Assembly: GCA_963754315.1 (NCBI GenBank)
Contig: CAVWFS010000018.1
Location: 768,001-832,000 of the forward strand
Reading direction: 5' to 3'
From: an uncultured Candidatus Rokubacteria bacterium
GTDB lineage: Bacteria; Methylomirabilota; Methylomirabilia; Rokubacteriales; CSP1-6
DNA length: 64,000 nucleotides
How positions within the stretch are numbered: position 1 is the first letter of the stretch; the number at the start of each line of letters is the position of its first letter. Shown in pieces: positions 19,620 to 28,813 of the stretch. A program made the translations under genes and the position numbers. The notes beneath the pieces are model-generated. The model did not search any database and was not told the origin of the DNA. It was given only the letters and a program-made list of their open reading frames with translations.

Positions 19620-21159
19620 ATCCGGCGATCTGGTCGACGTGGACGCCTGACACGGCCAGTTCGGGCGCGTACACGACCTCGTCGGCGGCCCACACGATGG
19701 TGCCCCTGACGGTCGCGCCGACCCCGATGACATTGTTGAGAAGGGTGGCAAGGTTGTCATTGATGCGGATCGTGTTGGGCCGGATGGGCGAACCCAGCTG
19801 CCCATCACGGATGATGTAAGAGTCGGCGACCACCGTACAGGTAAAGTCGCCGGCGCGCAGGCTGTTGATCGGATAGGTGTACCAGATGCGCCCGATATAG
19901 AGGCCGTGGCCGACCCGTCGCAGGAGGTCGGGAAGGGAGCTGGGGTCGCGGCCCTCGACGACTACGTTCGTGGCCGCTACCCCGGGGCGAATGTCGAAGC
20001 GACGGCCGCCTCCCGAGCCGAACCGGAAGCCGTTACGCGGCGTGAGGGCCTGGGCCGCTACCGCTCCCGTGACGCCCAGCTTCACCGGCCCTTCGGGATC
20101 GCGCTGCAGCCGTTGTGATTCGTACCAGTTCGCGAGCAGACCGACGAGAATCCCGTCTCGAATGAGATCCGTGCGTCCCGTGGGAAGGCCCTCGCAGGTG
20201 AGCCCCTTCGAGCCGAGGAGGCCTCCCCTCGCTCCGTCGTCATAGACGGACAGGCCGGCTGCGGCCACGGCACGGCCGACCCGACCGAGAAATGGGGTGT
20301 TCGACGCGTAGAACATGTCCGCCCGACAGGCGGGAGCCACGATGTTGTTCACGATGTCGGCGACCGGTTGCGGACCGAAGATCACGGTGTAGTCGCCGCT
20401 CGGGACGCGCTCACCGCCGAGGGCCTTGACCGCATTCTGGGCCGCCTCGATCCCTGCCTCGTCGGTGAAGTGGTCGAGACGGGTGTTCAGCGAACATGCG
20501 GAACCCTTGGCGTCGTACGCTTCCACCATGGCCGTCACGAACGCGGTCAGAAGCGCCGACTCGTCTGTTTGCACCTCGGGCAGGCTACTCGAGACCACGG
20601 CCATCCGCTCTTGAAGGATGCTGACGTCGCCCCCCAGGATGAGACCAAGCCGGCCGAGCGCCTCATCGTCGCCGGCCAACTCCCGCAGGCGCGGCGAGGT
20701 GAGGAAGGCGCGCAGGGCGCCGTGAACGATGGACCAGCCCACCTCCACAAGCTGATCGTCCGAGATGCGCATGAGGTCGGGGTCGTGATAGCTCGCCAGC
20801 GTTCGGCGCTCTCGGTCAGGTCGGGGGAGTGAGACAAACGCGGGGTCGACGATGGCCGCCCCTCGGGCCTTGCCGAGCGCGCGGCGCGCTCCGTCTGACC
20901 CCAGATCGCCCGCTTCGCTCCCGAAGCCCACCCGCGGTCCATCGGGATGGTCGAACACGACATGAAGTCCGAGCCCGTGGCCGTCAGTCGACTTCGGTTC
21001 CTCGACGCCGTTACAGGGGATGTGCGAGGTGTAGCACAGCCGGGTCAGCAAACTCGTGTTGGCGGCCGCGAACACCTCGACCTCGCGCACGTCGGGCTCG
21101 GTGCGGGCGAGTTCGAAGGCACCGCGCGCGGCGCGGGCCAGCTCGGCGACCGTGGTCAT
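19600..21159 (-). CDS. Divergent TldE/PmbA-family protein
   Basis: GDYTVIFGPQPVAD, VYDD, TCEGLPTGRTDLIRDG, GLYIGRIWY, GDFTCT. No HExxxH motif. Confidence 0.82.
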   Translation of the reverse strand: MTTVAELARAARGAFELARTEPDVREVEVFAAANTSLLTRLCYTSHIPCNGVEEPKSTDGHGLGLHVVFDHPDGPRVGFGSEAGDLGSDGARRALGKARGAAIVDPAFVSLPRPDRERRTLASYHDPDLMRISDDQLVEVGWSIVHGALRAFLTSPRLRELAGDDEALGRLGLILGGDVSILQERMAVVSSSLPEVQTDESALLTAFVTAMVEAYDAKGSACSLNTRLDHFTDEAGIEAAQNAVKALGGERVPSGDYTVIFGPQPVADIVNNIVAPACRADMFYASNTPFLGRVGRAVAAAGLSVYDDGARGGLLGSKGLTCEGLPTGRTDLIRDGILVGLLANWYESQRLQRDPEGPVKLGVTGAVAAQALTPRNGFRFGSGGGRRFDIRPGVAATNVVVEGRDPSSLPDLLRRVGHGLYIGRIWYTYPINSLRAGDFTCTVVADSYIIRDGQLGSPIRPNTIRINDNLATLLNNVIGVGATVRGTIVWAADEVVYAPELAVSGVHVDQIAGFMAEIR

Positions 21160-21165
21160 GGCCGT

Positions 21166-21591
21166 TCAGCGCGTCCCGTCTGTCTTGGTTTCGGTTCCTG
21201 CCAGCGGGTAGCCCTTGGCCTGCCAGCCCGGGAGTCCTTCATCGAGCACGCGTTGGTTGCGATAGCCCATCTCGTACAGCAGGTTGCTGGCCCCCCGAGC
21301 CAGCGCGTGGGGGCACGTTCAGTAGAGGACGACGAGGCCAGAACGCGCAATGCTGGTGGCGCGCTCTCGCAAGGCGCGCAAGGGGATGCCGCGGGCACCC
21401 TTGATGTGCAGCGCCTCGTACTCCGCGCGGGTCCGCACGTCGATGATGTCCACGCGCGCTTTCTGATCGAGGACCCCCTTGAGCTCGTCGACCGAGATGA
21501 AGCTCACCGGGAAGTCGGGCGGAGCGGCCGGAGCGGCCCCCGTGAGCAGGAGGCCGGCTACGGTCACGGCCATCAAGGACTGTCGCACCAT
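21166..21591 (-). CDS. Exported rhodanese-domain selenoprotein (141 aa; UGA at 21321-21319 read as Sec)
   Basis: Signal-like N-terminus and IIDVR..EY..HIKGA. The frame continues past the UGA as VVLY-U-TCPHALARGASNLLYEMGYRNQRVLDEGLPGWQAKGYP, completing the rhodanese fold, and stops 6 nt before the next ATG. Confidence 0.85.
21290..21314 (-). promoter_or_regulatory. Putative bacterial SECIS hairpin
   Basis: mRNA UGA-ACGU-GCCCCC-A-CGCG-CUGG-CUCG-GGGGGC: a GC stem starting at +5 with a G-containing apical loop about 16 nt after the UGA. Confidence 0.65.
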
Positions 21592-23156
21592 CAGACTCCT
21601 AGCACGCGGGCCCGGCTGCGCATAGTGGGGCCGCCATTGCCGAGGCGACGGGACTGCATGGGCTGTCCCTTTCCACAGTTGGCGATCGGGTAGATCCGGA
21701 AGTCGTTTCCCACTGCGTCCACGTTCATGAGGTAGTCACGACTGTCGGCGGCCAGGCCCCCGTCGCGAAAGCGACGCCCGAGCTGACCGTGCTCGATCTC
21801 GTACACGCTCCGTGCGGAGATGCGAAAGTTCTCGCGGCTCTCGGCGATGGACGGTATGCGATGCCCGGCGATGAAGTAGCCGTGGTCGACCTCGCGCACG
21901 ATGTCGGCGGGCGGGCGCTCGCCGCTCGCAAACACCGTGGTCGACATGCGGACGAGCGGTACCAGGGAGAGGTCGACCGCCTTCCAGTGTCCGTTCGGCT
22001 CTCCGCCGAAGATAGCCGACGTCTGGCGACTGTTCATGAAGCCCTTGAGGATCCCCTGATCGATGTGCACGACGCGGCGTCCCGGGGTGCCTTCGTGGTC
22101 GTAGGTGTAGTGTCCATAACCTGGCAGGGCCGGGTCGGAATAAGCGGTGACGAGGGGCGAGGCCACCCGTCTGCCGACCTGGTGCTCCCCGAGACCGCGC
22201 AGGAGCCAGGAACGGCCGGCGTACGCCGTCTCCATCTTGAGCGCGCGATCCAGCTCGACAGGATGGCCGACGATCTCGTGCGAGAGCAGCGTGTTGTAGT
22301 GGGGGTCGGTGACAACAGTCACCTCGCCCGAGGAGCTTGGCAGGGCGGGGGCCTCCACCAGCTCCAGGCTTTCGCGGGCGAGGTCGAGGGCGAACTCGCG
22401 GAACGTCGGGAAACGCAGGGATGCATCGTCCACACCGCGCTCCAGGATCTCCCAACCCCGCTGATGACCGAGCACGTCGTCGAGCTCCTGGCTGACGGGC
22501 CCGGAGACCGCCACCACGGCCACCAGCCCCTGGGTGAGCGCGAAGGCCTGGTCGATGAGGGCGCCCTCGGTCGAGACGAACAGCTCGCGTGAGAGCTGGG
22601 TCAATGTCGACACGTAGCGGTACTTGAGGCGATGATCGAGAGCGCCCACCTGGCGGCACACGTCGAGGGTGTAACGGCTCATGGTGTCCAGGGAGACTTC
22701 ACGTGGATCGATCTCGTAGACGGCAGCGACCCGGTCGCGCCGGACGTCGACCGGGTGCAGCCGCGTGTCGACCAGGCTGCGCCCGAGGACGCCGAACTTC
22801 TCTCGGGTGTTTGCCTTCATCTCTCCATTCACCAGCGCGCGGCGGTGGGCCTGGGCGAGGCTTTCTCGGACGACCCGCGCGAGAGCGTCCGTGTCGTGGA
22901 CACCCAAGGTCAATCCCACGTAACCCGGGCCGACCATCCGTTCCCCGGCCAGCGCCCGCACGCCGAGAGTGAGGCGCGTGTCGGCGCGCGCGGAGCGGCT
23001 GCCGTCGTTCTCGGCAGAGGTCGACTTGACCTCGACGATCTCCACCCGCACGTCGGCGTAGGTCAGGTGGGGTAAGCGCCGCTGCTCGCTGGCCACGAGA
23101 TCGGGAAGGGTGCGGGCGAGGCTGTCGATCAGTTCGAGCCTTGTGCCCTCGCTCAT
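21591..23156 (-). CDS. Divergent TldD-family metalloprotease
   Basis: HEIVGHPVELD zinc motif, YDHEG, VRMSTT, NCGKGQPMQ. ATGA overlap with moeA and TGATG overlap with the rhodanese. Confidence 0.88.
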   Translation of the reverse strand: MSEGTRLELIDSLARTLPDLVASEQRRLPHLTYADVRVEIVEVKSTSAENDGSRSARADTRLTLGVRALAGERMVGPGYVGLTLGVHDTDALARVVRESLAQAHRRALVNGEMKANTREKFGVLGRSLVDTRLHPVDVRRDRVAAVYEIDPREVSLDTMSRYTLDVCRQVGALDHRLKYRYVSTLTQLSRELFVSTEGALIDQAFALTQGLVAVVAVSGPVSQELDDVLGHQRGWEILERGVDDASLRFPTFREFALDLARESLELVEAPALPSSSGEVTVVTDPHYNTLLSHEIVGHPVELDRALKMETAYAGRSWLLRGLGEHQVGRRVASPLVTAYSDPALPGYGHYTYDHEGTPGRRVVHIDQGILKGFMNSRQTSAIFGGEPNGHWKAVDLSLVPLVRMSTTVFASGERPPADIVREVDHGYFIAGHRIPSIAESRENFRISARSVYEIEHGQLGRRFRDGGLAADSRDYLMNVDAVGNDFRIYPIANCGKGQPMQSRRLGNGGPTMRSRARVLGV

Positions 23157-24364
23157 GCCGGCCACGGCCCCGAGAACGGCTCGACGAGCACCAGCTCACC
23201 CGGCGCCACGTCGCTCCGATCCTCCTCGAGCACGACGAGACAGTTGCCAGCGACCATTGAGGAGAGGATTCCCGATCCTTGAGGCCCCGTGGTACGGACT
23301 TCCCACCCGTCGACACTCCAGCTGAGCACGCCGCGCTTGAACTCACGCCGACCCCGCTTCTTGGGCAGCGGCTCGGCCGCTCGGGCCGGACGGAGGATAG
23401 GGAAGAGCGTGCTCCGGCCCCCAAGTTTGTAGAGGACGGGTCGCACGAAGAGGAGGAAGGTGAGCATCGATGCCACAGGATTGCCGGGCAACCCGAAGAA
23501 GTGCGCGGAACCCAACCGTCCCACCGCGAGGGGACGTCCAGGCTGCATGGCGACCTGCCAGAAATCGATGCCCCCAACCTCCGTCAGCACGTCCTTCACC
23601 AGATCGTACATGCCCACCGACACGCCGCCCGAGCTGATCACGATATCAGCCATCTCGCCAGCCTCGAGCAGGCGAGCGCGAAGCTCCGCGCGCTGGTCAG
23701 GCACGATACCGAGATCGGTGACCCGCCCGCCGCACTGCTCGACCGCCCCACGCAAGGTGAAGCGATTGGCGTCGTAGATCTGTCCCGATTTCCGGGGGGT
23801 ACCGGGCTCGGCCACCTCGTCACCCGTCGAGAGCAGCGCCACCCGCGGCTGAGCGTAGACGGCGACCTGGCAGAGGCCGAGCGACGCGCTCAATCCGAGT
23901 TCCTGTGGACGGAGGACCGTCCCCCGTTCGATGACCACCGTGCCGCTCTGGACGTCCTCACCGCGGCGGCGTACGTTGGCCCCAAGCGGACTGGGGCCGA
24001 TACGCAGTCGATCTCCGATTCGTTCTACCACCTCTTGTGGGTAGACGGTGCCCGCCCCGGCGGGCAAGGGAGCTCCGGTCATGATGCGCACCGTCTGGCC
24101 GGGGGCGAGGGGACTGTCGAAGACGGAACCGGCGGGCAGGTTGCCCACCACCAACAGCTCCCGCGCGCCCACGTGCGGCACGTCGTGGTCCGTCACCGCG
24201 TATCCGTCCACCGCAGAGTTGTCGGCGGGCGGAACGTCGAAGGGAGCGCACAGGCGCTCGGCCAGGACGCGCCCGAGAGCGCTGGCGATAGGAATGATCT
24301 CACTGGGTGCGACGGTCGTGACCGAATCGAGGATGTGATTTTGACCGTCAGCCACGGAAATCAT
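23153..24364 (-). CDS. moeA: Molybdopterin molybdotransferase MoeA
   Basis: NSAVDGYAV, RIMTGAP, STGDE, SGGVSVG, QPGRP, LPGNPVA. True start MISVADG at 24364, 6 nt after TATAAT. Confidence 0.94.
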   Translation of the reverse strand: MISVADGQNHILDSVTTVAPSEIIPIASALGRVLAERLCAPFDVPPADNSAVDGYAVTDHDVPHVGARELLVVGNLPAGSVFDSPLAPGQTVRIMTGAPLPAGAGTVYPQEVVERIGDRLRIGPSPLGANVRRRGEDVQSGTVVIERGTVLRPQELGLSASLGLCQVAVYAQPRVALLSTGDEVAEPGTPRKSGQIYDANRFTLRGAVEQCGGRVTDLGIVPDQRAELRARLLEAGEMADIVISSGGVSVGMYDLVKDVLTEVGGIDFWQVAMQPGRPLAVGRLGSAHFFGLPGNPVASMLTFLLFVRPVLYKLGGRSTLFPILRPARAAEPLPKKRGRREFKRGVLSWSVDGWEVRTTGPQGSGILSSMVAGNCLVVLEEDRSDVAPGELVLVEPFSGPWPA

Positions 24365-24369
24365 GAGCA

Positions 24370-24376
24370 TATTATA
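24370..24376. promoter_or_regulatory. Overlapping bidirectional -10 elements for moeA and the RDD gene
   Basis: TATTATA gives TATTAT (+, 7 nt before ATG 24383) and TATAAT (-, 6 nt before ATG 24364) within an 18-bp divergent gap. Confidence 0.7.
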
Positions 24377-24382
24377 CGCGCC

Positions 24383-24868
24383 ATGATGGAGACGCGACCG
24401 GCGGGCTTCTGGATTCGGACAGTGGCCGCGCTCGTGGACTTCTCGCTGTTGTTCCTGGTGCAGGTGTCCCTCGGATACATCGCGGGCAAGGTCATCGGAC
24501 CGGACGTCGAGGATTCGATGGCTTTGGTGCCGCTGGTGTGGGTGTTCACATTGCTCTTCGCTGGCGCGTACACCACGGTGCTCCACGCGCTGGTGGGCGG
24601 TCAGACGATTGGCAAGATGCTCGTGAACATCCGTGCGGTGAACGTGGACGGCACGACCGTGTCCGTGGGCGCCGCGCTGTTGAGGTTTGCCGGCTACTTC
24701 GTCTCGCTGGCGATGTTTGGGATCGGGTACGCGATGGCGGGCCTGCGGCGCGACAAGCGGGCCCTCCACGATTTGCTCGCGGGCACTCGGGTCGAACGCA
24801 TGCTATCGCTCCAGGAAGGGGATCCCGAGCGCGATGCGGTCGGTCCGGCATCTGCCCTCGGCATGTGA
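24383..24868 (+). CDS. RDD-family membrane protein
   Basis: AGFWIRTVAALVD, GQTIGK, RALHDLLAGTRV. Confidence 0.9.
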   Translation: MMETRPAGFWIRTVAALVDFSLLFLVQVSLGYIAGKVIGPDVEDSMALVPLVWVFTLLFAGAYTTVLHALVGGQTIGKMLVNIRAVNVDGTTVSVGAALLRFAGYFVSLAMFGIGYAMAGLRRDKRALHDLLAGTRVERMLSLQEGDPERDAVGPASALGM

Positions 24869-25416
24869 GGCCGGCTCTCCCTCCCCGGCTTCGGCATCGA
24901 CTGGCAGATACGATCCTGGCAGCTCTGCACGATGAGCGGGCCCGCCGCCAGCTTATTCGGCTGGGTTCGGACGAGGACCGCGCGCGGCGCTGGTGCGCTC
25001 CTGATGCCGCCTATGGCGCGGTTGTTCGCGGGCGCGCCCAGCTGGCCACCGAGGCCTTGAGGGCAGTGCCGCTGCGCCGCCCCCGCAATCTCGACGAAAC
25101 CTTGGAGGTCGCCGCCGTCCTGTTCGATGCCGGCCTATTCTTCGAGGTGCATGAGGCGCTGGAGCCGCACTGGCGGGTGGCCACGGATGACACACGCGAG
25201 GCGCTTCGAGGCTTGATCCAAATCGCTGTCGGCTATCACCACTGGACGCACGGCAACGCGCGTGGCGCACGGACACTGCTCGAGGCTGGCGCCGCGCGTG
25301 TGCGCCGCCGCACGGTGGGGGGCCTCGCCTTGGAGGATTTCGGCGCTGCTGTAGCGAAGTCTAGCAGGCGGCTCGAGGCGGCCCTGCCGTCCGCCCCGCC
25401 CTTTCCGCATCGCTGA
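24865..25416 (+). CDS. DUF309-domain protein
   Basis: LFDAGLFFEVHEALEPHW...GLIQIAVG..H...GN..GA. GTGA overlap with the RDD gene. Confidence 0.8.
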   Translation: MRPALPPRLRHRLADTILAALHDERARRQLIRLGSDEDRARRWCAPDAAYGAVVRGRAQLATEALRAVPLRRPRNLDETLEVAAVLFDAGLFFEVHEALEPHWRVATDDTREALRGLIQIAVGYHHWTHGNARGARTLLEAGAARVRRRTVGGLALEDFGAAVAKSSRRLEAALPSAPPFPHR

Positions 25417-25495
25417 GGGGCTCGCTCCGAACCCCGGCCCGGAGTGCCTCCGAACACTCCTGGACCAGGCGTTTTAGGGCCGGTTCGGACTCGCC

Positions 25496-25525
25496 TTGAC
25501 ATGCGTTACCTGCTGTCAGTACTCT
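25496..25525 (+). promoter_or_regulatory. Sigma-70-type promoter of the RRM gene
   Basis: TTGACA-N18-TACTCT. Confidence 0.6.
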
Positions 25526-25587
25526 TGGGCACGTTTTCCTGACCAGGCCCCAGGCGCCTGCAACGTCAGGGCGAGGAGGATCGTGAG

Positions 25588-25926
25588 ATGGCCTCAAAGC
25601 TCTTCGTCGGTAACCTGTCCTTCCAGGCAACAGAAGAGGATCTTCGCGAACTGTTTCAACAGTCGGGTACCGTCGAGAGCGTCCGCATCATCACCGATCA
25701 GTTCACGGGGCGCCCTCGCGGATTCGGCTTCGTGGAGATGGCTACTAAGGAGGAAGCGACCAAGGCAATCGAGATGCTCAACGGGCGGCTGTTCCGTGAC
25801 CGAAACCTCGTCGTCGACGAAGCTCGCCCCCAACCTCAGCGAAGCGGCGGCGGTGGTCCACGCGGAGACCGAGGTCCGAGGTCCGGTGGCCCGGGCGGAG
25901 GAGGCGGGGGAGGCTGGCGCCGGTAG
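25588..25926 (+). CDS. RRM RNA-binding protein with Gly-rich tail
   Basis: RNP2 LFVGNL, RNP1 RGFGFVEM, C-terminal RG/GG tail. Confidence 0.95.
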   Translation: MASKLFVGNLSFQATEEDLRELFQQSGTVESVRIITDQFTGRPRGFGFVEMATKEEATKAIEMLNGRLFRDRNLVVDEARPQPQRSGGGGPRGDRGPRSGGPGGGGGGGWRR

Positions 25927-25961
25927 TCGCCGCTGGTGACCGTTGGTTCTCGGAGCGCTTG

Positions 25962-28217
25962 TCAGGCCCGCTCGGGAAAGAGATCGAGCTGTACCGCCGT
26001 CTCGGACAGAGAGGCCAGGGGGTAGGGGCGCAATCCTTCGAACTCAGTGAAGGGGCGGAAGCGCGTCCAGATCTCGAGGACCTTGCCCTGGTAATACCCC
26101 ACGTGCTCGTCCGGCTGCGCCGGGTCCCACAGGCTGGCTGACCGCGCCAGTTCAGCCACGGAAGCATGCCGGCCGCGTCCCGCGACATAGTAGGTGATCT
26201 GGTCACCGACGAGGAGGTCCCGGCCCGACGCCAAGGCGACTTCGTAGGCTGCGGAGATGTTGCGTACACCGGCGCGGACGCGCTGCTGGTAGACGTCCAG
26301 CGGGTCCTGCAGCGTTTCCGTCCTTGCGAACAGACGCACGGGTACCCGATGGGCCGCGAAGTCGTGCGTCCATCGATCGATCACGGATTTCACCTCGTCG
26401 GACCGTCCCGTGATGAGCAGACGTACCAGTTCTTCGATCAGCAGGCGTACGAAGGGTTCCAGGCCCCGGGAGCGCAGGGCCGAGCCTTTGAGGACGAGTC
26501 GCCCGCGTTCGTCGAGCAGCGCATAGGACTTCATCTTGTAGCTGAGCATCGCGGCGTACCGTCCTGCCAACTCGAGCTGAATACCGGGCGGCAGCGCGTC
26601 CGCGACGCGGGCCAGGAGCGATTCTTCGTTGCTCGATGAGGCGGCCGCCGGCGGGACGAAGTACACGCCGTCCGTGTCGACTTCCACTGGGCTGGCACCT
26701 ACCTCGGCGAGGCGCGACAGCACCGCTGTCACGATACGCCGTCCCTCGGCCGTGACACGGTCCGCCACCGCGAAGTCGTTCCAGTGCCCGCGGCTGTAGG
26801 CTAGATAGCCGTAGAAGGCGTTGATCAGGATCTTGAAGGCCTGCTGGAGTGCGCCCAGATGGGCCCGATCTCGAGCGTCGGCCGAGTCGCGCAAGCGCTG
26901 CTTGGCAGCCACCCTGAAGTCGGTCAGGGCGCGCAGCAGCTCGAGGAAGGCGCCCACGGTGTCCGAGGCGGGGGCCAGACCGCCGGTCAGCATGACTGAC
27001 GGGTACAGCGATGTGACGTCGGCATGCCAGACAGGCTTGGCCACTCCCTGCTGCAGGATCGCGGTATAGCCCCCGCCCACCGGGGCCGAGGGACCCGGCA
27101 GGGGGATGGCCCGTCGACGGCGCAGGTATTCCCGGACGAGGAGAGCGTCGATCTTGGCGGCGGCTCCCCGGAGCACGGTCGCCTGATAGTCGAAGGGCAA
27201 CAACTGCGTCTGGACGAAGTACGGAGGGGCCAGGATCGCCGACAAGGCGAGGGTCTCCACCGCGTCGTCACACGCGTATGCCATGAGCTGCTCGGGGGTC
27301 TCCCGGAATACTTGGGGAATCGAAGCAGGATCCAGATAGGTCCGATCATCCTTGGCCAGTCCGAAGTGGCGCGCAAGGTCCTTGAGCCCGAAGGAGGGCA
27401 GGTCGCGCGCCCCCGCGTCGTGGAGCTGCGCCAGGAGGTAGGTATCGATGATGTGGCGCCCAGGGATCTCGTAACGTCGGTAGCCGATCGTCCGCTCAGC
27501 GACCGAAAGCTGTGCGATGCGGCCGCGTAGCGTTTCGCCGCCGCGGCCCCAAGGCAGAGTGAGGCCGTGCCGCCGCGCGCGAGCTTCGAGGTACTCGAGG
27601 TCGAACCGGAAAATGTTATGCCCCTCCACGACGTCGGGATCACGCTCACGAATGAGGCGTGAACACTCCTCGATGAGGGCGGCTTCCGTCAGGAGGTCGC
27701 CCCGCAGGACGTGGCGGAACCCGCAAGAGTCGACCAGGGCGATGGCGATGATGCGGTCGTCGGGGCGGGCCGCGCTCGGAAAGTCATAGCCATCCCCCGT
27801 GAGCACCTCGATATCGAGGGCAAGGCGGCGGAGGTCGCCGAAGCGCAGACCTCCAAAGAGGGTATAGCCGGTGGCGAGCAGAAATTGATGGACGGGATCG
27901 GCGGTGAACCAGAGGGGAGCGGGGCGAAGCCGATCGCGGGCAGCGCGGGCGTGCTCCCAGGCGTCGAAGTGAGCCAGCCAGCGGAGCGTTCCGGGCCCGG
28001 CGAGCGCGGTGACCTCGCGGAGGCCGGGCGCTCCCTCGAGAGGGGCGACATCGCCGGCGAGCAGGAACGGCATGAAGGGCGCGACGTGGGCGGTGAGGCT
28101 CTGGCCATGCCGCTGATAGAGACGGATGGTCCGTCCGCCGGGCTCGAGCGTACAGGCCACGAGACCGGGAAAGGGCTTCGCACCGGGCAGCCGCGGTGCC
28201 TCGGCGGAAGGGAGCAC
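25962..28217 (-). CDS. Family B DNA polymerase with 3'-5' exonuclease domain
   Basis: Exo I LDIE, Exo II HNIFRFD, Exo III YACDD; polymerase motifs DVTSLYPS, KILINAFYG, DTDG. Confidence 0.92.
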   Translation of the reverse strand: MLPSAEAPRLPGAKPFPGLVACTLEPGGRTIRLYQRHGQSLTAHVAPFMPFLLAGDVAPLEGAPGLREVTALAGPGTLRWLAHFDAWEHARAARDRLRPAPLWFTADPVHQFLLATGYTLFGGLRFGDLRRLALDIEVLTGDGYDFPSAARPDDRIIAIALVDSCGFRHVLRGDLLTEAALIEECSRLIRERDPDVVEGHNIFRFDLEYLEARARRHGLTLPWGRGGETLRGRIAQLSVAERTIGYRRYEIPGRHIIDTYLLAQLHDAGARDLPSFGLKDLARHFGLAKDDRTYLDPASIPQVFRETPEQLMAYACDDAVETLALSAILAPPYFVQTQLLPFDYQATVLRGAAAKIDALLVREYLRRRRAIPLPGPSAPVGGGYTAILQQGVAKPVWHADVTSLYPSVMLTGGLAPASDTVGAFLELLRALTDFRVAAKQRLRDSADARDRAHLGALQQAFKILINAFYGYLAYSRGHWNDFAVADRVTAEGRRIVTAVLSRLAEVGASPVEVDTDGVYFVPPAAASSSNEESLLARVADALPPGIQLELAGRYAAMLSYKMKSYALLDERGRLVLKGSALRSRGLEPFVRLLIEELVRLLITGRSDEVKSVIDRWTHDFAAHRVPVRLFARTETLQDPLDVYQQRVRAGVRNISAAYEVALASGRDLLVGDQITYYVAGRGRHASVAELARSASLWDPAQPDEHVGYYQGKVLEIWTRFRPFTEFEGLRPYPLASLSETAVQLDLFPERA

Positions 28218-28220
28218 TCG

Positions 28221-28724
28221 CTAGTTCAACGTTCCCAGCAGACGGTGGAGTTCGCGAATCTGCTGGCGTGCCCCCGCGTGGCCGGGCTCGATCGTGAGAG
28301 CGACCTTCAACTCGCGGATGGCCTCGTGCAGGCGGTTCTTCATGATGTACACCCGGGCAAGGTTGAGGTGAGGAAACTGGCGCGGCTCGTAGCGTGGCGC
28401 GCGCTTGGCACGCTCGAGCCATGGGATGGCCTCGTCCGGTCGCCCGAGCTCGATCAGATAGGCGCCGATGTCGTTGTAGGGATTTCCGAACCCCGGATCG
28501 AGCCGAATGGCGATGTGACACTGCGTGATGGCCTCGTCCAGCCGGCGTAGCGCGCTGAGAGCCCAGCCGAGGAAGGTGTGGGCCTCGGCGGTTGGCTCAA
28601 CGTCGATGGACTTCTGGTACAGAGCGACCGCGTCGTCCAGGCGGCGCTCCATCTGAGCTTCGTAGCCGAGCTCGAAGTAGCGACGAGCCTCAGCGTCCGC
28701 GTGCTCCAGCACCGACGCCTCCAT
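28221..28724 (-). CDS. TPR-repeat protein
   Basis: AEAHTFLGWAL, GNPYNDIGAYLIELG, PHLNLARVY. Stop is 3 nt upstream of the polymerase start; start may extend to 28769. Confidence 0.85.
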   Translation of the reverse strand: MEASVLEHADAEARRYFELGYEAQMERRLDDAVALYQKSIDVEPTAEAHTFLGWALSALRRLDEAITQCHIAIRLDPGFGNPYNDIGAYLIELGRPDEAIPWLERAKRAPRYEPRQFPHLNLARVYIMKNRLHEAIRELKVALTIEPGHAGARQQIRELHRLLGTLN

Positions 28725-28813
28725 CCCGCGGACGGCGGCCACGGCGAGTGAGTGGCCACTGGACACCAACCGCGATCGGATATTACGCCCGGTTCCGGTA
28801 TATTCTCAACTCC

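Noticed and set aside
23153..24868. Long overlapping ORF calls (538 aa and 529 aa) for moeA and RDD
   Set aside because: The N-terminal extensions are antisense read-through of each other; homology starts at 24364 (-) and 24383 (+).
25417..25460. Two small hairpins sharing a CTCCGAA loop
   Set aside because: Possibly a degenerate repeat or terminator, but too short and without another copy in the window.
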